DNA of 64,000 nt from Candidatus Omnitrophota bacterium (GCA_034723315.1 JAYEOV010000035.1:8329-72328), one strand, 5' to 3'; numbered from the stretch's first letter, positions 19,244 through 30,040 are shown. Notes: generated from the sequence alone by a model not told the origin. Program-made: numbers and translations.

Positions 19244-19906
19244 TTATACTAAGAAGAAAAATCCTGCCAGCATCATTGCTACCTTTGCGGCGGTAGTGAG
19301 ACCTGTTACTACAACAGATCCGACTGTATCCCATGTTTGTTTTATGTTGTCCCTTCGCTTACGTTCACCTTCGACTGAGTAAAACGCGGTCAGTTGTATT
19401 ATTTCAAGTGTAGTCTTATTGTCGGCTGTTGAGGAAATTTCTTCATTTTTTTCCGTTTCCGGCGTGTTCGTAAAGGACCAGTAAACCTTTCCTGCGGCAT
19501 CCATTGTTTCTTCGGCATTTACATCGTCAGTGTCTTTTTTCATGCGTTCTTCGCTCAAGGAATTATAAAAACTCAGAAGTTCATCATCGGTCCATTTATC
19601 CAGCTCGACCTTTTTGTATGGCTTCTCCAGGACCAGTGATTCCTCTATAAGTTTAGATCGGCGGGACTTCAGGGCGATCATAAAGGCCGTTACCGTTATA
19701 TCTTTAGCGGTCTTGTCAATTTGTGTTTGCACAGGTTCATTATATATCCGGTGAAAGAGTATGAGCGCTTGTTCATCGTTAAGTCCCTTGAAATGCATCT
19801 TATTCACAGCGCTGCCCATATGACCATATTTCATGGAAGTGGCGGCACATCCGGACGCCCCGATACATATCAGGATCAACAGAAGTATTTTGATCTTCTT
19901 CAGCAT
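19244..19906 (-). CDS. Hypothetical lipoprotein (paralogue of 34972..35526)
   Basis: Lipobox ASGC and a hydrophobic C-terminal helix. Confidence 0.8.
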   Translation of the reverse strand: MLKKIKILLLILICIGASGCAATSMKYGHMGSAVNKMHFKGLNDEQALILFHRIYNEPVQTQIDKTAKDITVTAFMIALKSRRSKLIEESLVLEKPYKKVELDKWTDDELLSFYNSLSEERMKKDTDDVNAEETMDAAGKVYWSFTNTPETEKNEEISSTADNKTTLEIIQLTAFYSVEGERKRRDNIKQTWDTVGSVVVTGLTTAAKVAMMLAGFFFLV

Positions 19907-20319
19907 TATTGATAACCTCAGGGAGTATACATTTACAAATTTACGCTCTTTCTTGCGATCTTTATGTGTTTATACCAGTTGCCTTATATCCCCTTGCTCC
20001 CATTTCTTCCCTTCGATCCATAACGATACTGCTTTTGGGGACAAGCTAAAGAGACAGGTTTACACTTGATCGCAGCTGTTTCGAGAGAAATAGAGCTATT
20101 AAGATCTCCTGAAATTTTGCCTTGACCTGTTTCCGCCTCCTGACCTGGCTTTGTACTTTATTATTATATCGTCAAGTCGGCTTTGTCGCAAGGATTCCAG
20201 AATGACACCAAGCAAAGTGCCCATAATTCTTGACACTCCTTGTATTGCTCAGGTATGGACATAAAAGCGGGTTGCATGATCTTAATATAGAGCTCCCTTG
20301 ACATATCTTACTAACCGGA

Positions 20320-21225
20320 TCATGTTTCTCCCAGGATAAGCTTGTATCCTTCAATGATACTATCACATACCATCTGGACTATGTTGTTGAGGTCTCCGTA
20401 GTCCGCCTTTCCAAGGGCCATGTAGTATTTGTAACGGTCGCCGATCTTAATTATGGCAGGGGCGAAGCCTTTACTGAGGAGCTGTGTGATCAACAGAAGC
20501 CGCCCCACCCGTCCGTTACCGTCGAAAAATGGATGGATAGCTTCAAATTCGTAGTGATCCCGGGCGATCTTGCCTATCGGGTCTTTGCCGTAAACCTTGA
20601 TGTCTTTTATCAGTTTTCCCATTTTAAGCGGCACTTCCTGCGCTGAAGGAAGTGCTTTTTCGGTGTTGGTCAGGTTTACGTAACCTGTTCTGAATTTTCC
20701 GGGGAGCATGTTCGGGAAATTATACATGACTATCGAATGCAGACGCAGGACATATTCCTTGTCGATCCTGAATCCCGGCCTTATATTATCCAACAGGAAT
20801 TCCATCGCGTTTTTGTGGTTTATGGCCTCGAAGACCTCGAAAAGCTCTCTGCCTCTTACCTGTTTTCCCTCAAAGGCCCGCCGGGTTTCTTTGATGGTCA
20901 TACGGCTGCCTTCTATGGCGTTCGAATGATATGTCATCTCCAGGAGGAATTTTTCTCGTATCGTTTTGTTGTTTATGATAAGGCGTAGAGGGTCTTTTAC
21001 CTTCTTGAAAAGACACTTTATCTCTTTTCTAAGGTCAACGTAATCTTTAAAGAGCTGGTCTATATCCCTTGACTGACCAGGGTGCGGTTTTATGTCTTTA
21101 TCCAGCCATCTGTAAACCGTCTTGTAACTTATCCCAAGACGGCGCGCCATTTCGGAGCGTGTTATACCGGTTTCCTTCATAACCATTTCAAGCTTCTCTT
21201 TATCGGAAAAAAAGTACTTATTCAT
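20320..21225 (-). CDS. XRE-HTH / Fic domain protein
   Basis: N-terminal HTH (SEMARRLGISYKTVYRW), inhibitory motif SNAIEG, Fic motif HPFFDGNGRVGR. Confidence 0.93.
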   Translation of the reverse strand: MNKYFFSDKEKLEMVMKETGITRSEMARRLGISYKTVYRWLDKDIKPHPGQSRDIDQLFKDYVDLRKEIKCLFKKVKDPLRLIINNKTIREKFLLEMTYHSNAIEGSRMTIKETRRAFEGKQVRGRELFEVFEAINHKNAMEFLLDNIRPGFRIDKEYVLRLHSIVMYNFPNMLPGKFRTGYVNLTNTEKALPSAQEVPLKMGKLIKDIKVYGKDPIGKIARDHYEFEAIHPFFDGNGRVGRLLLITQLLSKGFAPAIIKIGDRYKYYMALGKADYGDLNNIVQMVCDSIIEGYKLILGET

Positions 21226-21245
21226 TGTAGAAGCCTCCCTTAATA

Positions 21246-21298
21246 ATAGGACATATGTCCTGAATAATACTACATATAGAATATACCATATGTCCTAT
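21246..21298. promoter_or_regulatory. Putative operator upstream of the HTH-Fic gene
   Basis: ATAGGACATATG...CATATGTCCTAT inverted repeat, with internal palindrome AGGACATATGTCCT. Confidence 0.6.
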
Positions 21299-21555
21299 CC
21301 AATTGTCAAGTTTTTGGTGTGTATTCGCCCGGACCGGTAGAGGTTCGCTTCCGGATCTGTGAACGGTTTTGATATAATGGGGTCTTGACATTTGACATTT
21401 TATTAAGAATACAATATTGTCAAATGTCAAGGTGACCCCTAAACCAATAAACCAACATTGTACCAGTTGCCCGAAATTTATAGTTAATTTGCGGCTGAAA
21501 GAGTATAATTATATTATATGCCTGTAATTTTTTTTAATCCAAAAGGAGGCGCAAA

Positions 21556-21918
21556 ATGATAGAAATCCTTGCTGAAAGCCATGATAACGTTTTAGGCATT
21601 AAGGGCAGCGGAAAGATCACGGACCAGGATTATAAGGAAGTAATAATCCCTAAAATTGACAGCATTTTATCCAAATACGGCAGAGGCAAGTTCCTGTACT
21701 ACCTTTCCGAAGAATTCGAGGGGTTCGAGCTGGGCGCGATGTGGGATGACCTCAAATACGCAGGCAGTTACAGCGATAAGTTTGATAAGATCGCCCTCGT
21801 AGGCGGCCCTAGATGGGTTGAATGGACCACAAAGGTCTTCGGCCATTTCGTTAAAGCCGAGATGAAGACATTTGCAGAGGATCAGCTTGATGACGCCTGG
21901 CAGTGGATCGAATCGTGA
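21556..21918 (+). CDS. SpoIIAA-like (STAS/SEC14) protein
   Basis: GKITDQDY, AMWDD, KIALVG, AWQWI. Confidence 0.9.
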   Translation: MIEILAESHDNVLGIKGSGKITDQDYKEVIIPKIDSILSKYGRGKFLYYLSEEFEGFELGAMWDDLKYAGSYSDKFDKIALVGGPRWVEWTTKVFGHFVKAEMKTFAEDQLDDAWQWIES

Positions 21919-21935
21919 TCCACAGGGTTCAGTCC

Positions 21936-22613
21936 TTACTTCTTTAATGTTTCAAGAAGATCTTTAGCGGATTTTGGCATTTTCGCTTTGTTTTTTACAA
22001 GTATTTCTTCCGCTGACAGATCTTTGCCATAAAGCGCCTTGTTGCCTTCCCAGTGCTGGTTGATAACATCGCCTTCCAGCTTAATGCCGGCAAATAATCC
22101 CCGGCTCCTCGAGTAGGACAATATCCCTCCAAGATGAGCGTCCGTTGACGCCGCAGCATTTCTTCCGACAGGGCCTGCAGCGACAGAAGCGTCAACGCCA
22201 AGCTTGAATTTTCCTTCCAGGATGGCTTCAACGCTTCTCCTGGTCATAATAAGCAGGACGATGTCTGTCGCCTCTCCGCCGATCTGGAAACCGATGCTTG
22301 CTCCCACTAGAGTGAAAATAGCCGGAGACGACCATTTTCCGCTCTTTTCGTTACGCACCATGATTATGCCCTGGCCGTATTTTCCGCCTATACCCAGACC
22401 GGCTGATATTGTGCTGGGGAAAATGGCAATAGCGGAGCATTTTTTCATGAGTCCTGACGGGATGTTCTCATCGGGCATTTGTTGTATCTCGGATAAAACC
22501 GTGCCGCATTCTTCGACAAGCGCTGTCCATTTATTATCTGCACTTGCGTTCGGGCAGCAGAAAATAATTGATATCAGATAAATGACACTGAAAAGAATTT
22601 CGAACCTTTTCAT
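21936..22613 (-). CDS. Ysc84/SYLF lipid-binding domain secreted protein
   Basis: GGKYGQG, SIGFQIGG, AAGPVGR, YSRSRGLFAG, plus a signal peptide. Confidence 0.92.
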   Translation of the reverse strand: MKRFEILFSVIYLISIIFCCPNASADNKWTALVEECGTVLSEIQQMPDENIPSGLMKKCSAIAIFPSTISAGLGIGGKYGQGIIMVRNEKSGKWSSPAIFTLVGASIGFQIGGEATDIVLLIMTRRSVEAILEGKFKLGVDASVAAGPVGRNAAASTDAHLGGILSYSRSRGLFAGIKLEGDVINQHWEGNKALYGKDLSAEEILVKNKAKMPKSAKDLLETLKK

Positions 22614-22882
22614 ATTTGACCTCCTTTTGAGCGCCGATCGTTTTTTAAATAAATAGGGGCGCTGTCCCCTTATTTCCCTTATTTTCAATTGTAGCTCCGG
22701 ATGCGTGACATTTCAAGGATAATAAAGCAAAACCGGGAAATAGGGCTCTGTCCAGCTAGTGTCCTGTTAAATAAAGCATATTTTCTGATGAATTGCAGAA
22801 AAATTTGCTAATTATATTATTGTTGAATATACTTACTTTAATATTAAATATTTAAGGCCCTCAAAAATATCCGAAGGAAAAA

Positions 22883-23929
22883 ATGGCAATGAAATTGAGT
22901 GACAGTCCGCACAGGAGATACAATGCCCTCACCGGGGAATGGGTGCTGATTTCGCCGTATCGGGCGGAACGTCCCTGGCTTGGCGAGCGTGAGAACCCGC
23001 CGCGGGAAGAACGTTCCTCGTATGATGAAAAATGCTATCTGTGTCCCGGGAACGTCAGGGCCAAAGGGCAGCGAAATCCGGATTACGAAAGTACTTATGT
23101 TTTCACGAACGATTATGCCGCCCTTCTCCCCGAAACGGATCCCTTTCGTGACAGAGAGGATCCGTTATTAGTTGTTGAACGCGTGAACGGCACCTGCCGG
23201 GTAATATGCTTCTCTCCCCGTCATGATCTGACACTGGCGGAGATGCCGCCGGAAGATATAAGAAAGGTCGTTGATGTGTGGGCGGAACAGGTCCTGGATC
23301 TGGGAAAAACTTACCGCTGGGTGCAGATCTTCGAGAACAGGGGTGAGATCATGGGTTGTTCAAACCAGCATCCTCATTGCCAGGTCCGGGCGGAAAGCGT
23401 TTTGCCCAATGAGCCCTCCAGGGAGGACAGGCGGCAGTCGGAATACTATGAAGAGAACAGGACGGTTCTCCTGATGGACTATTTGAAGATAGAACTGGAG
23501 CTCGGGAAGCGGATAATAATAGAGAACGAACACTGGGCGGTGCTGGTCCCCTTCTGGGCCGTCTGGCCGTTCGAGACCTTTATTTTGCCGAAAAGAAACG
23601 TCAAAAGCCTCCCCGATCTTTCGGGCGAAGAACGAGACGCACTGGCAGACATTCTCAAGAAACATCTGACCAGGTATGATAATCTTTTCAATTGCCCGTT
23701 CCCCTATACTATGGGATGGCACGGCGCACCGGCGGACAATGGTGATCATCCTTACTGGCAGCTACACGCTCACTACTACCCTCCCCTACTGAGATCCGCC
23801 ACGGTAAAAAAGTTCATGGTAGGTTATGAAATGTTATCGGAACCGCAAAGGGACATAACCGCTGAACAGGCAGCGGAGCGTTTGAGACGATTGCCGGACG
23901 AACACTACAGGGTGAGAAAAGATCAATAA
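22883..23929 (+). CDS. galT: Galactose-1-phosphate uridylyltransferase
   Basis: [36 protein letters not shown]. Confidence 0.96.
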   Translation: MAMKLSDSPHRRYNALTGEWVLISPYRAERPWLGERENPPREERSSYDEKCYLCPGNVRAKGQRNPDYESTYVFTNDYAALLPETDPFRDREDPLLVVERVNGTCRVICFSPRHDLTLAEMPPEDIRKVVDVWAEQVLDLGKTYRWVQIFENRGEIMGCSNQHPHCQVRAESVLPNEPSREDRRQSEYYEENRTVLLMDYLKIELELGKRIIIENEHWAVLVPFWAVWPFETFILPKRNVKSLPDLSGEERDALADILKKHLTRYDNLFNCPFPYTMGWHGAPADNGDHPYWQLHAHYYPPLLRSATVKKFMVGYEMLSEPQRDITAEQAAERLRRLPDEHYRVRKDQ

Positions 23930-23953
23930 CTTCACGGGCGTGAAGACAAATAT

Positions 23954-24907
23954 ATGTTTAAGATCAGGGAAGACAGCTCCGGCGGCCTCAAAAGATTAAA
24001 GATACAGAACACCGCCACGGGCGAATTTGTCTCGATCGTTCCGGGTTTCGGGGCGAACATAAACGAACTTGTCCTGCATAAGAACGGCACACTGCACCCG
24101 GTCATAGCGGGTAATCGGGATATAAGCGGTTTCAGAGGAAAAGGCGTCTTTAAAGGCGCGAAACTCATCCCCTTCCCTAACAGGCTGGAGGATGGGACCT
24201 ATACTTTTGAAGGCGAACGGTATCAGCTTGAGTTGAATTATCCTGAAGAACTCAATGCCTGTCACGGTTTTATCTACGATAAAGAGTTCATCATCGAAGG
24301 ATCCGCCGAGAAAACTGATCATGCGTCCGTGAAACTTGTTTACCATTACAACGGATTCTTGCCGGGATACCCTTTTAACTGCAAAATAGAACTGGATTAT
24401 ACGTTAGGCGGGTCCCGAGGGTTCAGGTGCCGGACATGTATCGAAAATCTGGGTGAAAGATCGATGCCGGTCGGAGACGGGTGGCACCCTTTTTTCGGTT
24501 TTCAAAGAAAGGTTGATGAACTTCTGCTCCGGTTCCCCGCGGAACAAAAGATCATTGTAGATGAACGATCAATACCTTCCGGGGAATCGTTGCCGTATGA
24601 TCTGTTTGACAGCTTGAACAGGATCGGGGATATTGAACTTGATACGTGTTTCAGGCTAAAACCCGGTAAAGACGGGATACGGATCTCCGAACTTTATGAC
24701 CGGCAGAAAGACGTGAAGTTACAGCTGTGGCAGGAAACGGGCGAAAATAAATATAATTATCTTCAGATATATATTCCGCCGGACAGAGGTTCGATCGCGA
24801 TGGAGCCAATGACATGCAATATAAACGCGTTCAATAACCGTGAGGGGCTGATAATTTTGCGGCCGGAACAAAAATTTGAAGCCGGATACGGAGTGAAACT
24901 TGCCTGA
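23954..24907 (+). CDS. galM: Aldose 1-epimerase family protein
   Basis: PFPNR, HGF, GWHPFF, LDTCF, AMEPMT, and operon context. Confidence 0.85.
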   Translation: MFKIREDSSGGLKRLKIQNTATGEFVSIVPGFGANINELVLHKNGTLHPVIAGNRDISGFRGKGVFKGAKLIPFPNRLEDGTYTFEGERYQLELNYPEELNACHGFIYDKEFIIEGSAEKTDHASVKLVYHYNGFLPGYPFNCKIELDYTLGGSRGFRCRTCIENLGERSMPVGDGWHPFFGFQRKVDELLLRFPAEQKIIVDERSIPSGESLPYDLFDSLNRIGDIELDTCFRLKPGKDGIRISELYDRQKDVKLQLWQETGENKYNYLQIYIPPDRGSIAMEPMTCNINAFNNREGLIILRPEQKFEAGYGVKLA

Positions 24908-24966
24908 GTCGAAATATCGGATGAGGAAAACTTTTGTGACATATAACCCGAAAGGAGAAACGGATC

Positions 24967-26388
24967 ATGGAAAATAATTTTGCCGGGACTGAAGAGCGGC
25001 TTGCCGGAGAGATCAAGGATGTCAGGAAGTTCAAAGTCCTTGTTTACGTAGTCGCCCTGACAGCCGCCTTGGCGGGATTGCTTTTCGGGCTTGACATAGG
25101 GGTCATTTCCGGGGCACTTCCTTTTATCGCCAAACAGTTTAACGCGAGCACAGAAGCGCAGGAATTCGTGGTAAGTTCTCTCCTGGCAGGGGCCGTGCTG
25201 GGGACACTGATAAGCGGACTGATATCCCGCAAATACGGCAGGAAGAACGCGCTTTTGGTAAGCGCGGTTGTCTTCGCGATCGGGGCGCTCCTGTCCGCGT
25301 TATCCGTCAGCACCAAGATGCTTATAATGGTCAGAATTTTCCTGGGTGTGGCCGTCGGGATGGCGTCGTTTACCGCCCCGCTCTATCTGTCGGAGATGGC
25401 CCCTCGACGGATCAGGGGAGCCCTGATATCAATGTACCAGCTGATGATCACCATCGGGATACTGATGGCGTATATGAGCGACACCTTTCTAAGTTACGGG
25501 AAACACTGGCGCGTCATGCTCGGAGTGCTGGTCATCCCCTCAACGTTCATGTTTATCGGAGTTCTGCTCTTGCCGAAGAGTCCCCGCTGGCTGGTCCTTG
25601 CCGGCAAGAAGGAACGTGCCAGGAAGGTGTTGAACAAGCTGAGGCATATCGATGAAGTTGAAGGAGAACTTGTCGAGATAGAAAATACGCTTGAAAACAA
25701 ACAGAGCGGATTCCAACTGCTGGTCGAAAATAAACAGTTCCGTAAAGTGCTCCTCCTGGGGATCGGGCTGCAGGCCGTGCAGCAATTCACCGGCATGAAC
25801 GTGATAATGTACTACGCTCCAAAGATCTTCAAGCTCGCCGGGTTCACCACCACATCACAGGCTATGTGGGGAACGGTGCTCGTCGGCCTGATAAATGTTC
25901 TGGCGACTTTTATCGCGATCGCTTTTGTCGACAGGCTGGGACGAAAGCCGATCCTGTTCACAGGCTTCGTTGTAATGGGCCTGAGCATGGGGACACTTGG
26001 TCTGATGTTCAATATCGGAATAAAGGTCTCTCAGACGGTGCAGTTTGCCGCTATAGGAGCCCTGCTTGTATTTATCGTCGGTTTCGCGATGAGCGCCGGG
26101 CCGATCATCTGGGTCATCTGCTCGGAGATCTATCCTCTGGCCGGCCGCGATCTTGGTATCACCACCAGCACGGCGACTAACTGGGTGTGTAATACGATCG
26201 TCGGCGCGACTTTCCTGACACTGCTTAACGTTATGGGTCCCGCCCACACATTCTGGCTGTACGGAGGGTTGAATCTGCTGTTCATTTTGTTCCTATTCCT
26301 CTTCGTCCCGGAGACCAAAGGAGTATCGCTGGAAAAGATCGAAAGAAACTTGTTGTCGGGTAAACGACTGGTCAGGATCGGCCGCTGA
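24967..26388 (+). CDS. galP: Sugar porter MFS (galactose-proton symporter-like)
   Basis: GLLFGLDIGVISGALPF, QQFTGMNVIMYY, PETKG. Confidence 0.88.
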   Translation: MENNFAGTEERLAGEIKDVRKFKVLVYVVALTAALAGLLFGLDIGVISGALPFIAKQFNASTEAQEFVVSSLLAGAVLGTLISGLISRKYGRKNALLVSAVVFAIGALLSALSVSTKMLIMVRIFLGVAVGMASFTAPLYLSEMAPRRIRGALISMYQLMITIGILMAYMSDTFLSYGKHWRVMLGVLVIPSTFMFIGVLLLPKSPRWLVLAGKKERARKVLNKLRHIDEVEGELVEIENTLENKQSGFQLLVENKQFRKVLLLGIGLQAVQQFTGMNVIMYYAPKIFKLAGFTTTSQAMWGTVLVGLINVLATFIAIAFVDRLGRKPILFTGFVVMGLSMGTLGLMFNIGIKVSQTVQFAAIGALLVFIVGFAMSAGPIIWVICSEIYPLAGRDLGITTSTATNWVCNTIVGATFLTLLNVMGPAHTFWLYGGLNLLFILFLFLFVPETKGVSLEKIERNLLSGKRLVRIGR

Positions 26389-26389
26389 T

Positions 26390-26491
26390 ATGAAAGAAGT
26401 GATGAAGAAGAAGACGACATTTATACTTATCGCCGCCATGATCTGTTTTCAGATTAACGGCATGGTCGGGTTTTGCCCAGTACATTACTAG
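26390..26491 (+). pseudogene. Signal-peptide stub truncated by MITE-A
   Basis: MKEVMKKKTTFILIAAMICFQINGMVGFCPVHY ends at a TAG that is the first three bases of the MITE terminal repeat. Confidence 0.5.
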
Positions 26492-26607
26492 AACCCATTT
26501 CATAACCCCGTTCGTTACGAGGCTGAGCGAAAAGGCCATTGACAAGGCCTGAGGGGCAAAATGCCCGGAAACGTAGCCGTTGCGCTACGTTGATGATATT
26601 TTGTCCG
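26489..26607 (+). mobile_element. MITE-A copy, right end missing
   Basis: Near-identical to 48572-48690. Confidence 0.85.
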
Positions 26608-26650
26608 GATAGCAGGGAACCTTTTCACGGTCCCGGAGTAGGGAGCAAAA

Positions 26651-27805
26651 ATGAAAACGGCTGAAATTGCCGAAAAATTCGGACGATATTTTTCCGACTC
26701 GCCGCGGCTTTTCTCCGCCCCCGGACGCGTCAACCTGATCGGGGAGCATACCGATTATAATGACGGTTTCGTTTTTCCCATGGCGCTCGAGTACTGCGTT
26801 GTGGTCGCTGTTTCCCGCCGTTCCGACAGGCAGGTAAATATCCGATCCGAAAACATGGGCGATTCGATCTCTTTCTCCCTGGATGATAATCTCAAGAAAA
26901 GAAACCACTGGAGCGATTACACCGCGGGAGTGGCCCGCATGCTCGAGCTGGAGGGTATACGGCTGCCCGGCGCGGATATGCTGGTTGACAGTTCCGTGCC
27001 TCTCGGCGCGGGACTGAGCTCTTCGGCCGCTATCGAGATCTCATCAGCGCTGGCTTTCCTGAGCACCGCGGACCAGGAGATGAAGCCGGCCGATCTGGCC
27101 TTGCTGGGGCAGCGCGCGGAGAATCAGTTCGTCGGCATGAACTGCGGTATAATGGACCAGTTTATTTCCGTGCACGGAAAAAAGGACCATGCTCTATTTC
27201 TGGACTGCAGGTCACTTAGCTACAGGCAGGTCCCGCTGCCCTCCGGCAAGGTAAAGATCGTTATCTGCAATACAATGGTTAAACATGAGCTGGGCGCTTC
27301 GGAATACAACAAAAGGCGGACTGAATGCGAGGAAGGTGTCCGCATCCTCAAGGAGTATTACCCGGAGGTGCGGGCCCTGCGAGATGTTACTATAGAGCAG
27401 TTCAGGGAAGCGGAGAACGCCCTGCCGGATGTAGTGAGAAAACGCTGCCGGCATGTCATCTCTGAGAACCAGCGGGTCCTTGATTCCCTGGATGCTCTCC
27501 AGGGGGACGATCTTGATCGTTTCGGCCATTTGATGGACGGCTCTCATGACAGCCTTAAGGCTGATTATGAAGTAAGCTGCCCGGAACTTGATCGCATGGT
27601 TGAAATAGCCCGGCGACTGCCTGGCTGCCTGGGAGGACGGATGACAGGCGGCGGTTTTGGCGGCTGTACGGTCAACCTTGTCGTAAAAGACGTGGTAGAT
27701 GATTTTTGTTCACAGATCAGCGGCTCCTATGAAGAAGCGGCCGGTATCAGACCGCAGATATATATCTCCACTCCTTTTCCGGGAGCGCATGAGATCGTCA
27801 GATAA
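26651..27805 (+). CDS. galK: Galactokinase
   Basis: APGRVNLIGEHTDYNDG, GAGLSSSAA, CGIMDQ, GGGFGGC. Confidence 0.97.
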   Translation: MKTAEIAEKFGRYFSDSPRLFSAPGRVNLIGEHTDYNDGFVFPMALEYCVVVAVSRRSDRQVNIRSENMGDSISFSLDDNLKKRNHWSDYTAGVARMLELEGIRLPGADMLVDSSVPLGAGLSSSAAIEISSALAFLSTADQEMKPADLALLGQRAENQFVGMNCGIMDQFISVHGKKDHALFLDCRSLSYRQVPLPSGKVKIVICNTMVKHELGASEYNKRRTECEEGVRILKEYYPEVRALRDVTIEQFREAENALPDVVRKRCRHVISENQRVLDSLDALQGDDLDRFGHLMDGSHDSLKADYEVSCPELDRMVEIARRLPGCLGGRMTGGGFGGCTVNLVVKDVVDDFCSQISGSYEEAAGIRPQIYISTPFPGAHEIVR

Positions 27806-27929
27806 TAAGTGAATATACTTCTACTGGTTTATACCCGTTGTATTACACGGGTCAGGTTTTTACCCGGGAACCCTACACAACACAACCCCGGACTCACAGC
27901 CGGGGAACTTCTGAAGCGTATCACAAAAG

Positions 27930-29105
27930 ATGAATAAAGGATTTCGCAAGAAGGAAAACTCCAAGGACACGGTACTGGTTACCGGCGGTGCCGGGTATAT
28001 CGGCAGTGTAACCGCCCGTGAGCTTCTGGATAACGGCTACGATGTGGTCGTGCTGGATAATTTTGTGAAGGGAAGAAGATTCGCGGTCCAACGCAACCTG
28101 TCTTTCGCACGTGAAAAGGATAAAAAGTTTATCCTCGAGGAGGGGGATATGGGAGATACGGATTTCCTGGGGGAAGTTTTCGTCCGCCGCAGGATCGGCG
28201 CCGTTATCCATTTCGCGGCTTTTATCGAGATGAGCGAATCCGTCCAGCGCCCAGCTCTATATTTCTACAACAACATCGTCAATACCATCCACCTTCTTGA
28301 CTCAATGGTTGAAGCCGGGGTTAAGAGGATCATTTTCTCGTCCTCAGCGGCGGTTTACGGCAATCCCGCAACGGTCCCGATACGGGAAGATGCCCCTGCC
28401 CGCCCTATCAACCCGTACGGATACACCAAGCTGACAATGGAGCGGATGATCAGGAACTATCATGACCGATTCGGCCTTGAATGGATCGCGTTCAGGTATT
28501 TTAACGCCGCCGGCGCTTCACTTGACGGGAAGCTCGGAGAGGCACATTTCCCCGAATCGCATCTCATCCCTAATGCCATTGATATGGCATCCCGTGGCAA
28601 GAAAGTGAAAATCTTTGGCAAAGACTATGATACCGCTGACGGGACCTGCCTGCGGGATTTCATCAGTATTTCGGATCTGGCCCGGGCACATCGGTTTGCT
28701 CTGGAGCTGACCGGCAAGGAAGCGATCAACAGGCCGTATAATCTGGGAAGCGGTAAAGGGTTTACCGTGGGGACAATTGTCCGGGAGGTCGGAAAAGCCA
28801 TGGGGATTAAAACAGGTGCCCAATACGTTGATAGAAGGCCAGGCGATCCGGATAAGCTTGTAGCTTCATCAGAAGCGTTCCGGAGAGCGACCGGCTGGGA
28901 GCCCCGTGACAGCGATATCGGGATGATACTCCGGACGGCGGCAGAATGGTACCGCCACAGGCCGAAAGAAACGCTGGAGAATAAACCTTTGCCTTTGGTG
29001 GATGAAGAAGAAATTGCCGGGAAGATAAGGGATGAGCTGACACGGAATCGCGTTATACCTCAAACTCTGAAAAACGAGATACTGGAGAAGCTGAACCATT
29101 CGTAA
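27930..29105 (+). CDS. galE: UDP-glucose 4-epimerase
   Basis: TGGAGYIGS, SSSAAVYG, YGYTK, RYFNAAGA. Confidence 0.95.
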   Translation: MNKGFRKKENSKDTVLVTGGAGYIGSVTARELLDNGYDVVVLDNFVKGRRFAVQRNLSFAREKDKKFILEEGDMGDTDFLGEVFVRRRIGAVIHFAAFIEMSESVQRPALYFYNNIVNTIHLLDSMVEAGVKRIIFSSSAAVYGNPATVPIREDAPARPINPYGYTKLTMERMIRNYHDRFGLEWIAFRYFNAAGASLDGKLGEAHFPESHLIPNAIDMASRGKKVKIFGKDYDTADGTCLRDFISISDLARAHRFALELTGKEAINRPYNLGSGKGFTVGTIVREVGKAMGIKTGAQYVDRRPGDPDKLVASSEAFRRATGWEPRDSDIGMILRTAAEWYRHRPKETLENKPLPLVDEEEIAGKIRDELTRNRVIPQTLKNEILEKLNHS

Positions 29106-29115
29106 CGGCGCATCC

Positions 29116-29262
29116 TTATTTTTCTAGCTCCTGTTCTCTCTCTTTCAGGTAGCGGTTCAGGAGAAAAAGGGCTGCTTTTTCACATTCATGTTCAGTGCGG
29201 TCCTGTTCATCCTGGGAGATGAATTCTTTCTCAATTTCAAGAATTTTTTCTGCTTGCTTCAT
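29116..29262 (-). CDS. Small hypothetical protein (48 aa)
   Basis: AAAGGAG RBS, then MKQAEKILEIEKEFISQDEQDRTEHECEKAALFLLNRYLKEREQELEK. Below the ORF-track cutoff. Confidence 0.5.
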   Translation of the reverse strand: MKQAEKILEIEKEFISQDEQDRTEHECEKAALFLLNRYLKEREQELEK

Positions 29263-29585
29263 ATTTACTCCTTTAGAAAGACTAAACTTTCAATAACAAT
29301 AATCTAACATATCCTGCGTACGCAGTAAAGCATATTAACATAAATATCCAAGCGATGATTATTATTTTCTTCATGTGTCCTCCAACCAGTAAAAAAAGGC
29401 AATTCCCCCCTTTCAGAAGAATTGCCAAGTTCCATAAATTTACTTACTTTTCGTTATTATAATCTTTTTTATGTTTTTGTCAAGAAAAAAATGACGTTTT
29501 CCATGCAAAAAGTGAAAAAGTATGATATATTTGAGAAAAGGTTTTATTCAATGAAAATCATGAAATTAATACCACAGGCTAAAAT

Positions 29586-30023
29586 ATGAAAAAAATCATC
29601 TCTATTCTCCTGATCAGCCTTATCCCTGTCAGCGCTTTCGCTCAATACAAGGTTATCACTTCAGACGAGGGGCAGCAGGTTGTCCTGGACGATAACAGAA
29701 GGTTGACCGTGTTTATGGACGAACCCATAGATATAGGAGATCCCATCTGTGTTTATCTGGATACTTCGGAACTGGATACACGGGGATACGACAAGGTTGA
29801 ATGGTATTATTTGAGAGAATACGGCCTGAATGAAGTGCTCATCCAGATGAAAAGCTCCGAACTGAGACTCCCGACCTTTGTGAACGTGAACGAAAAGGTA
29901 TCAATCTTATCCGTTCCTCTGACCGCGGATCCGAAAAGATCAGGGACATTTATTGTTCACGGAGTAGAGATCAAGGTCACTATAGAGCAATCCGGCCATA
30001 TTTCAGCGGAGATAGTTAATTAG
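29586..30023 (+). CDS. Secreted hypothetical protein
   Basis: Signal peptide ending AFA. Confidence 0.75.
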   Translation: MKKIISILLISLIPVSAFAQYKVITSDEGQQVVLDDNRRLTVFMDEPIDIGDPICVYLDTSELDTRGYDKVEWYYLREYGLNEVLIQMKSSELRLPTFVNVNEKVSILSVPLTADPKRSGTFIVHGVEIKVTIEQSGHISAEIVN

Positions 30024-30040
30024 CCCCCGCCCATTTTTTA

